This document shows, piece after piece, positions 54,351 to 64,000 of a stretch of 64,000 nt of DNA. Every line of letters begins with the position of its first letter. Position 1 is the stretch's first letter. Below the pieces are notes generated by a model. The model worked only from the letters and a program-made list of their open reading frames with translations, was not told where the DNA came from and did not search any database. This DNA is from Octopus vulgaris. Lineage: Eukaryota. A program made the translations under genes and the position numbers. Location of the stretch: NCBI GenBank assembly GCA_951406725.2, contig OX597821.1, forward strand, positions 102,114,001-102,178,000, in the 5' to 3' direction.

Positions 54351-55179
54351 TGTTGTCCTAGAAAACATGAATTTTAAGGATTCAGCTTTCCCTTTCCTTA
54401 TTTCATGTATTTAACATCAGACATTTTATGAACAATAGTGTCATTAGCTAGGTTTTGTATGGCATGTTACTACTTCGCTGCATTTCTGATGATGTGAATA
54501 ACAAGTGGTGCTTCATGCAGATGCAGAATATGAGTATTTTTGTTTGATACACTATTATTGATTTCTTTGTCAGCATATATCTTTTGTTCTCTTGTGCGTA
54601 CACACACACACACAGTTTACTCTTACAGTAGGAGAAGTAAAACTGAATACAAAAGAAGAAAAAAAAAGTATATTCTACATTAGCTGAGAAGCTACAGTGA
54701 TCTAAAGCTCTACAGTTTCAATGCACTTAATCAAACATGCTGAATTGAGAGCATTGAATCTTTATATAATTTCAAAAAAAAAAATGTTATCAAACAGGTG
54801 AGGCATGGGAGAAGTGTTTGTGCTGTCCATGTCCCTATATGAATTTTCTGTTTTAAAATTACCTGAACTTTTTTATCAAAATTAATTGAAATAAAGGCAG
54901 CGTATTTTGATAGAAATACAATATCAAAACGGTTCAGATAGATTTGCAGGTTTTTTTTGTTTTTGTTTTTTTTTTGCATGACACTGTAATGGGTTAAAAA
55001 AAATTTGGGGATGGTTTCGTCAGTGTTTCTTTTACATGCACATATGCACACATACAAACTTTGACAGAAAAAGATTTTTTCTCTTTTTTTGAATGAATAC
55101 AATGTTGGTAAATAAGCTATTAGCATCCTTTACTGTTTAAATGTAAAGAACAATGTATCATTTATTAAATTTTGATAAT

Positions 55180-55920
55180 TATTCATTTAATCTTGAAAAT
55201 ATTGTATCCTAAATACTTCCTGTTGTTTTTCACATGTATTTGTAACCTAAAAGTTCTACATTGCACATCACACCATGTTTGTAGATATTGCTGTAATTCT
55301 TTGATAAATAGCAACTTTCAGTTCATTTGGAGTATCATGTGACAAACACTTTCCTTCCAAAGGAGATAATCAAAAATCAAGTAGGCTCTAGGAAATGACA
55401 TGTTCAGTAAATATTTCTTTAATATCCACATATAGCCTGTCCATTTCTAGGAAAAGGAAGTTGTGCAACTTGTTCACATAATGATCACAATTCATTTTTA
55501 CTACATGTCAGCCTTCTTCAAAGAAAAACGGTTTTGTAATACCAAAATTTTCTTCGTAACATTACACTTGTGTTCTCAGTGAAGGTTATGTACATTGTTG
55601 ACTGACCAATAGTGGAAGCTTTGTTCATTTATGGAAATATGTTTCATCACTCATGAGAAGTTTGTTGCAATCACAAGATGAAGATATACCAATATTCTTG
55701 CATACTTTGGTCTGAAATACCTTGTGCAGTGTCATACTTTAATATCGAATAATGAAAACTGGTTCTTACAGAATGTCTAACAATAGTGTTCTGAAAGTTT
55801 GTATATCTACTGATGGTCTTTTGTTTTCAATAATGAATTTCCCAGTCTGAAGTTTTCTATCCATGGTACTGTAGTCCAACAAGATACTTCTCCATAATGG
55901 CCTACATTAAAATACAAGCA
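55180..55920 (-). mobile_element. old Tc1/mariner-superfamily transposase remnant
   Basis: Minus-strand GITKPFFFEE and ELKVAIYQRITAI...IFK C-terminus-like segments. Confidence 0.5.
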
Positions 55921-55938
55921 AAAATTTTATGCATGTAA

Positions 55939-56103
55939 CCCTTTAGCATTCAGAGTAGTTTTGAATTAATCATGCATTATCACAGGGCTTTAAGATTTCA
56001 ATGTGTTCTTTTATTTTTGGAATGACATTGTAGAGTAGGTGGGAGGGAAGCACAAAATCTGGCCAGTTTGAATGTAACGCAGGTTGATTTAAAAGATGAG
56101 GGG
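55939..56103. mobile_element. decayed piggyBac-like MITE
   Basis: gtaa|ccctttagcatt ... gatgagggg|ttaa. Confidence 0.45.
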
Positions 56104-56514
56104 TTAAATAACAGCCACCAACATCTTAATGATAAAAGCATATAACCATGCTCCACTGCTTCATGGCTGTTGAGTTAGCATTTTGCTGCCCAATGGTCAC
56201 TGAATATGAGAGTTCTTTCTTCACCTCCCAAATTCTCGAAAGCCCAGTACAATAGCACCAAACCCAGAATGTCATTATGCTGAGTTTTTTTTGTGCATTT
56301 GTTTTCTATTAAAGCCTTGGGTTGACCAAAGCCTTGTGGAAGAAGTTTGGTAGACAATAATGAAAGGTTTTGAAAATGGTAGTAATTTGATGGGCATGGA
56401 TTCATGTGCTGAGTAGTGTTGGGCATCATGGTATGAATTCATTAACATTGGAACATGTGACCTTTTTTTCGTAATTGAGTTATTGATGACTCAATTACTC
56501 AAATGCCTAAAATA

Positions 56515-56910
56515 TTTGTATATTAGTGTGAACCATCATAGAAAAGTGTATTATTGGGATAAAACATCATGAGTAAGAAATTACAGGTTGAGCAGCTCAG
56601 CATCATTAAAAAAACAAAAAAAAAAAAAAAAAAACCCATCAATGGGTATGCAAAATATCAGAATACCATTGTTATATGAACAGTAATGAACAGTCTTTGA
56701 TGTTCTGCATTGAAGCATGGCACTGCACGAGGTATTTCAGACCATAATGTGTAAAGGATATTGTAGTTTGATTCAAATAAGTTTCATCCTTGTAAGATTA
56801 TAGGAAACCAAAAACCATTTATAGAAAACATTCTCAGTGTGGACAGATGACCTGCATCTTCTTTCTCATGAGTAGTGGAGCCATGTCTATTTGGTTTAAT
56901 GTCTAAGCAT
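56515..56910 (+). mobile_element. second copy of the same Tc1/mariner-like family, inverted relative to 55180-55920
   Basis: gcactgcacgaggtatttcagacc is the reverse complement of ggtctgaaataccttgtgcagtgt (~55709-55732); FHPCK (FHPYK-like) motif. Confidence 0.5.
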
Positions 56911-59734
56911 TATCAAAATGCTTCAGTTTGAAGCTTTTTCTTTTCTTTTTTTCTCCTCAATCCTATTTCTCTTGTAAGAAATAAATGTGATGTTCTTTAC
57001 AAGAAAGACAGGTGCAAAATATGGTGTTGTATTTTGGTAAGCGACTGGAACTGATTCCCTAAGGTTGCTAATGTCTCTGAAATAGGTGAAAAAATATTAC
57101 AGTTTTAACTTTTTGTCTCACTTGTAATAAGATTGAAACTGTGTAAGTATGTGTAAAAAAGAATCATATGACAACAATGTTCTTGCTTCTGTGAACTGGG
57201 CAAAAATCCTCCAATTATTTAATCATATTTTGAGTTGATATTTGGGATTTGAATTCAGAACCAGCATACTTGGCACTTTTCTATTTTGGACATCTCTGCT
57301 TGTTAAATAATTAGTAATTAATAATTACGACTCTATGTACTGGAGAAAAGAAATTGCAAAAGTCGCCAGAGATAAGAATTCAGTTTGAAATGCATTTAGC
57401 CATTCTACATCATCTTGGTAACATGGCAAAGAGTAAGTGCACAATTTAGACCACTTTTATTTGAAGAACGTTATTCTTCAAACATTTTAATTCAGAAAAT
57501 TATTTCTTTTTTATGGTGGTGAACAGTACTTAAAGTGCAGCTATCAATTAAAAATATTGTTATATAAGGAGATAGGCATACATTCATTCATAGTATTGCT
57601 CACACATACACATAACTACAATCAGTCTTTGAAAAATTGAGTTATTGCATGATGCTTAAAATCTAAGGAAGTTATAAATGAGTGCAAAGTTACAAGTTTA
57701 AATATCTAGTGAGTGAGGGCAATGTGCATTCTTCAAAACTACGTATAAAATATTCACTGCTGTAATATGTAAATAATATCCAAATTTCCAAAATTGTTCT
57801 GATAGCAGTAGAGAAAAATGGATGTAAGACTTTAATTTTCTTTTTCTTTTTTCTTTTCTTTTTTTTAAAGAAATTTTCATTCAAATAATAAGCCATGAAT
57901 TAAATTGTCAGTTCCTGTACAAACTATTTTTCTTAAATTTTTTAAATATTTACTTGTCTTTTTTTAAAACTTATATTTAAATCAAAATGTTAACTTCATT
58001 ATTACATTAGTAATAACATGAGATTTCACTTAATAAACAGTTGTTGGACACTGTTCAACATTGTGTATTTTGTGTTCTCCAAATTTTTGGCTATTTTTAA
58101 ACGGTTTATTAAATTTAATTGTAGAACTTAACAGAGAAACCTCAATAACAAAAGTAAAAGGTAAAGTCATATCTTCAAATATCTTAATACAGTGTTCACT
58201 TTAGCACTTATAAATCACACATGCATGTGTAAGATTTCTCATATGCCCTGTAATCAATGAACCTTTTGGCTACTACCTCAACTAAACATTCACAGTGCAT
58301 CTTTCTTTGCTGCTCTAAAGCACCATACTTTTATTATATATATTACTCCTTGAACTTATTTTTTACTACTACTTAAGACATCTGCTAATTATTTACCATT
58401 GGTACCCACTAGAAAGCACAAATTTGAATTTATCTATTATTGGTCTGTCACTAATACCCTGCGTTCATCCTAAAAAAAGCCCAATCAGATAATCCATCTG
58501 ATAATTTAACAGGAGTCATATAATACAGTAATACATTAAATTGCACTTTTGTGTCTAAACATTAATCTGTTGAGCCAGCAAGGGATATATATGGCCATTT
58601 AACTTTCTAGAAATTGCAGCTAGACCTTCAAATCACACAATGCCGTTTTCAAAAACGAATGGGCAATCTGGGTAATGTGATCCTGGATATAGTTTGGTGA
58701 GAGAAGGGAAAACTGGATGGTCATGACTGGAATGCTTTTGAAACAAAGTTCTCATGAAGTAATTAGCTAGGAAGAAATGAAACAAATATTCAATGTGAAG
58801 TAAATGATTGAGATACAGATTGATAATGAACTGTTGCTGGTAATCTTATGGGTAGATGGTTACACTAGTATTGATATATACCTTCAGAAAATATAAACAA
58901 AATAAACTGGAATTGGATTAAAGTTAAGCTACCAACAATTGTAGTAAATGCATGCTACATATATTCCATCTCTGGCTGCACCATAAAAGTTTGTTGATAT
59001 TGGAAATTGCAAATGTATTTTAATTCTTTCTAGACTAACAAAAGTACTAAACCACTAGTTTTTCAAAAATCATTAATGTTTTGCTCACTTCCAATTAATA
59101 TTAATAAAAGAAAAAAGAAAAAGTTGTGCACTTCGCCTGCCTGTCTGCCAGATTACATATCTTTCTATGTATCTTCTCCTCCTTCTGACTAGCTGACTAT
59201 TGCAATTTTAACTTAATAAGCTACACTCTCTATTATATCCTTATCTATTTCTTAGGCATTCAAACCTTTTGCCTATTTTGCATTTTCAAAGCAAAGCCAT
59301 TCGAAAAATATTTCTTGAAACTGTTTTTATAGTTCTATTTACATGTAAAGTTTATTATCAATGCAAATATGTTTTGCCAGTACTTCTTGTTCAATTTTAT
59401 CTCAGACATTTGCAACCCACTGAGTTCTGTCATTGGCCAGGTGATATTGTAAATATTTGAGCCGTAACTGCTGTTGTATCAGTCTGCATCTTCACTGCAT
59501 TGCTCACAAACTTAATGTTTAAATACTTATTACACCTACCACTTATTTCGTAGGTATAAAAAGATGAATTGCATTTTGCAAAAGCTAGGTTCTACTATTG
59601 GCATAGTTTTGCACATTTTTTAACAGCTTAATAGTGTGCTTTTAATATTCATGGTATAATCAACTCTTAAAAAGTAAGAATACCCAATGACTATTAGTTT
59701 GCCCAATTAGTGCAGAGATTGCCAAACCATAATA

Positions 59735-60623
59735 TGAGGTAGTGTCAAAAGGTTCCCTGACTAGTTATGGTTAATAAAAACATATTTACGTAAGTTTTAA
59801 CATCATCTTCAAAATAGTCACCTTGTGCAGCAATACACTGGTCCCAGCATTCTCACCACTTTTGGAATCCGGCCTGAAAGTTATTTTCCATAAGCAAGTT
59901 GAAGACCTGTGATTCACTCTGGATCTTGACAACAATTTTTAGAATGGTGACTTTTGAGCTGCATTTTCATCTTTAGCAGGTGCTAAATTTGGCAAATAGG
60001 ATGGGTGTGGAAGTGATACCATTTTATTTTAGGTGAGAAACTCATGAATGAGGAGAGCTTGATGACAGGGTGCATTGTCATGAAGAATGCAATTCTTCAG
60101 GCTCCATAGATCCAGTCACTTTTGCCGAATGTCCTCCCTCAAATACTTCAAAATGTCTTTAAAAAAAAAACAAACTTTAAATTGACAGTCTGGTCCTGAG
60201 GGACAAATTCTCGATGCACATTACCACATTTCCAGGGGTGATGCTCATGGCAGATCTTCCAGATTGCTTGTGGTCTTCCAGGGATGTTCTTGTGTTTTTG
60301 AAGTGCCCGTGCCACTTGAAACATTGCGTACGACCCATTGCCTCATTGCCATAAGCTTACCTAAGCATGCTCAATGTCTCTGTAGCAGACTTCCTAAGTT
60401 TAACACAAAAAGTTTCATGTTGACTCTTTGTTCCAATATCCTGTTCATGACGAAATCACAGCCTACAGCATACTCGGGATCACAAAAATACAAATTTCAC
60501 AACTTGTGAAGTAAACGTAGCAATGTGACTCAGTACACAGCCTGGTAAAGGTCACTTCTAGCTCTCACTTTGCATGCACTTGTCTTGCAGAACTAGTCTG
60601 GGAACTTTTTGATACCACATTCA
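59735..60623 (-). mobile_element. internally deleted mariner element (889 bp)
   Basis: TA flanks; TIRs tgaggtagtgtcaaaaggttccctgactagt / actagtctgggaactttttgataccacattca; CVKLRKSATETL...AYGNEAM, ILHDNAP and LPHPSYLPNLAP motifs. Confidence 0.85.
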
Positions 60624-60729
60624 TACTGTTGAATGTGCTGCCAACAGCAGATTCGCCCAATGTTGCATTCATGGTTTCATTCAGTTGTCTAATCACCAAC
60701 AACTATTGATGATTTGTGTGTGTTGTGGC

Positions 60730-60816
60730 ACTTCAAGTGTTTTGAGTTGAAGAGCTTGGTGGCTGTCTTCTGGAACTTCAAGTGTTTTGAGTTGAAGAGC
60801 TTGGTGGCTGTCTTCT
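60730..60816. repeat. local tandem duplication, 42 bp identical, period 45
   Basis: acttcaagtgttttgagttgaagagcttggtggctgtcttct at 60730 and 60775. Confidence 0.95.
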
Positions 60817-61729
60817 ACAACCTAATCCACATAGTTTGTTAGGCTAGTCAATCTAGCCTTCAAGTTGTATTTGACAACGAGGGCCTGGTGGAATTACTGA
60901 GCAGATGAAAAGCAGTGTTGTTGACAGTTGTTTCACAACTACTTAGTTAATAACAGACACAAGTTTCCTATATGCAACAGGTATTGCTGAATAAAGAGAG
61001 AATTTGCAAACGTGGTTACTAGCATGAAGCATCAATAGGACAAACATTTCAAATTAGTTTGCAGTCATGGTCCATTGAAATGGATATTGGAACAACATGG
61101 CATATCAAAAACTATATATGTGCATACTAAATACAAATGTCAGCACACAACCTTTTTTTTTGATAAATACTTTAATTTTAATATTGTTTATTAGATAAGC
61201 TTACTGCCAGATTTTTAGTGTAATTAATTTTGTTGCAATCTTCTACGTAAAACAACTTTAGTTTGCATCCAAATACTAAAATATCAATTCATTAGCAGTA
61301 AATCTTTTCTCAAACCAGGGGACTTTATTAACCCTGTATCATTTAAGTGGGCAGTAGTAGGATGCATTTGTCCAATATAGAAAATTGTGTGGAGGGGAAT
61401 GGATGCCAATGGTTTGATGAGAGTGCTATGGCCTTGGTTTTGGGACGGAATAATGTGGAGATATTTATCATTGGCATTTATTGGCAGATGGTTGTAGGCC
61501 TTAAGTAACCAACAGTGGTCTACAAGTTAAAGGAGGAAATTTAATTGATAATAACCAGTTTATGTTCCTGCTGTAAACTGTTAAGTGTGTTATTTGCAAA
61601 GCTTTACTGCACCCCCGTCTCTCTCTCCTTCCCTGCTGCTTTAATAATTTTTCTTTCTTTCAGGCACCTCTTTTCCCTGTATTTTCGGATATTTTATTTC
61701 ATATTTATTTTTTATTTTTCCCGTTATAG

Positions 61730-61798
61730 CATTACAAACTTTACAGAAATTACAAGAGGCCATATCTAGGCAGCTGTCCATGAGTACACAGCATACCA
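61730..61798 (+). CDS. WAC: probable WAC exon E
   Basis: Long T-rich tract + ttatag acceptor and cca|gtaagt donor. 69 nt, phase 1 to 1. Translates (A)LQTLQKLQEAISRQLSMSTQHT, in frame with exon D. Confidence 0.75.
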
Positions 61799-62399
61799 GT
61801 AAGTATATTTTTTCTCTGGTAATCTTAAAAATCAGTTTTCGGAGTTGGGAACGTATGAGATGTTATTCTAAGGGAAATAACTCTTAAAATTTGCAAAACA
61901 TTTGAATACTTTTTATATCCATATTATATTTATAAATATATTCAAGTTATACACGGAAAAAAGGGTTTCGCTAAATTTGTTATAATGCATTATAATAGAT
62001 CCTGAGCAAAGCTATCTTGAAAGTCATCTTTGAACTTTATCTGTGTAAAATCCAATCTGGTGTATATAATATTAAGATTGTGAGGAGGTTTTCATGTTTT
62101 GAACGTCAAACATTTAGGACTGGGTAAATTTTTTTAACTTGTAAAAAAAGTGACGAGTTTTGCAAAATATTACTAAGATAAAATGAAAGACATAGAGAAA
62201 GATTGGCAGTGGCCAATGCATGCATACTTCTCCCCTCCATGTCATTGATGTCCAAGGGAAAAACAAGGCAAATAGAGCTTGGTGCCAGTGTTGTCACAGG
62301 CATTGTTGCAAGAAGGTAAACTAGAGAAATCAACTCTGGAGAGATGAAAGGCACCTGAAAGAAAGGTGAACCAAAAATGATAATATGATAATGAATAGG

Positions 62400-62785
62400 C
62401 AGAGGTGTAGATGTATGGTTAGGATTTTGCATCCCAATCACATGGTTTTAGGTTCTGTCCCACTGTGTAGCACCTGGAGCATGTCATCTATTATAACCCT
62501 AGGTCAACCTAAATCTTGTGAATGAATTTGGTACACAGAAAATGAAAGGTGTGTGTATGTGTGCTGGCTTTAATTTCATGTGATACACGTAAATGTGTGC
62601 TACTACCATACAAATGGTGTTACTTTTTCTAATCTTCAGTAAAAGCTTGTCTTGTCATGGAATATTACTTTACTTGGAAATAGGTGAGGGTTGGTAAAAG
62701 GAAGGGCATTTACAATTGAAAATCAATCTTGATAAATTTCATCTGAGCCATGCAAGCACAGGAAAGTGGACATTAAAGATGAAGT
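62400..62785 (+). mobile_element. composite SINE (B head + A-like tail)
   Basis: gtatggttagg...ggttctgtcccactgtgtagcacc head; aggaagggcat...ggaaagtggacattaaagatga tail. Confidence 0.65.
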
Positions 62786-63094
62786 AGCCCTCTGCACTGC
62801 AAAAAGTTTGCAAAATTTTTAAATCAAGAAGTATTAAGTTAAAAATACTTAGCATGCTTGCTCTCACAGGTGTTACTCAATTTGTTGGCTAGATGTATAT
62901 GTGGCCATTTTATACAACTCTGAGATTTGTCAACTGAATTTATACACATCAATGATGATTAAAAAGGGATTAGAAAGGTATAAATAGATATTTCTTAATA
63001 AATAATTCTGTTTGGAAATTATCAGTTGTTTCAGGTATTGGTGTAATAGTATGAAAACACATGTAAAAGCAGTTATAAAGTTTCAGTTGAAATA

Positions 63095-63658
63095 TTGGGT
63101 TGTCCGGAAAGTTTGCTGATTTTTAAAGGAAAGAAAAAGGTCAATAAATACTTGCCATTACATTTTTAACCAACCAAATATGAACCATTTTGTTGCACAA
63201 TGCGTCTCCATCTTTCCTTTAACTTGAAAATACCCTCTTCCCAGAATTGAGGTGGTTTCACGGCAAAGAATTCCTTAAAGTATCTTTTTACGTCATCCAA
63301 GGAATTGAAATTTTTACTATTAAGACTATTCTGCAGAGACCTGAATAAGTGGAAATCCAAAGGAGCAGTATCTGGTGAATATGGAGGGTGGGGTAACACA
63401 TCCCAGCCAAGCTGCAGTAATTTTTGTCTGGTTTCCAAAGCATCAAGTGCCGAATATGAACTTTCTTATCTTCCATTTTAAAAGGTTACAGAATTGACAC
63501 AGGTTATAGGAACATAATCCTTCTTCCACGAAAAGATAGCTTAAACTATGCTCTAAATGGAGGTGTAGTCAAATCCTATTTCATGGATTCAACCATGTTC
63601 TAAAATAAGTCGAATGGTAAGCTACTATAAATCGGTACAAACTTTCCGGACAACCCAA
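63095..63658 (-). mobile_element. non-autonomous mariner deletion derivative (564 bp)
   Basis: Perfect 21-bp TIR ttgggttgtccggaaagtttg with a TA duplication. N-terminal MEDKKVHIRH is joined directly to the C-terminal WDVLPHPPYSPDTAPLDFHLFRSLQN. Confidence 0.92.
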
Positions 63659-64000
63659 TATTTTGACATAACACTATCTGCAAACCAATATTGATATGAT
63701 TTCATTTTGGAATTCTTAGCAGCAGCATTACCTCAGCCCTGGTAAAAGAATATTTGATAAAATAAAAACTAATACAGAGGAAAGAATTGAAATTATATAA
63801 ATAATAGTTTGGCAAATGTCTACATTTAATTTTCACCCCATGAAAAGACATCCCCAATCAATGCTTACTATTTGATTTCATATGAGGGAGAGTACTTGCG
63901 ATACTCCACATTTTTACCATTTCATATTGTCCAAAGGTTATAACTAGGTAGTTATTTAATTTCATTTATAAGCATATCTCCTGTATGTATGGTGTGGACA

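Overview
AT-rich (roughly one-third GC), CpG-depleted, repeat-dense animal DNA. The SINE/MITE families and (TA)n/(CAT)n microsatellites look like an octopus (coleoid cephalopod) genome; this is an inference from repeat content. The window lies inside one large + strand gene. Five internal coding exons (14147-14298, 31803-31930, 35122-35198, 40986-41324, 61730-61798) have canonical AG/GT ends and compatible phases, and they encode part of a WAC orthologue, including the WW domain. Start and stop lie outside the window. The 3-20 kb introns hold many SINEs, decayed RTE-type and L1/Tx1-like LINE fragments, three mariner elements, a Tigger/pogo remnant, piggyBac-type MITEs, a 3-kb Academ transposon remnant and a SINE-internal 67-bp higher-order tandem array. 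The most unusual signal is a +1 reading frame that stays open for 249 codons across all five spliced WAC exons (a candidate overlapping ORF). There are also several intronic inverted-repeat structures that could form dsRNA, including a homogenised inverted SINE pair, and candidate alternative exons/acceptors. No prokaryotic systems or true CRISPR arrays are supported.
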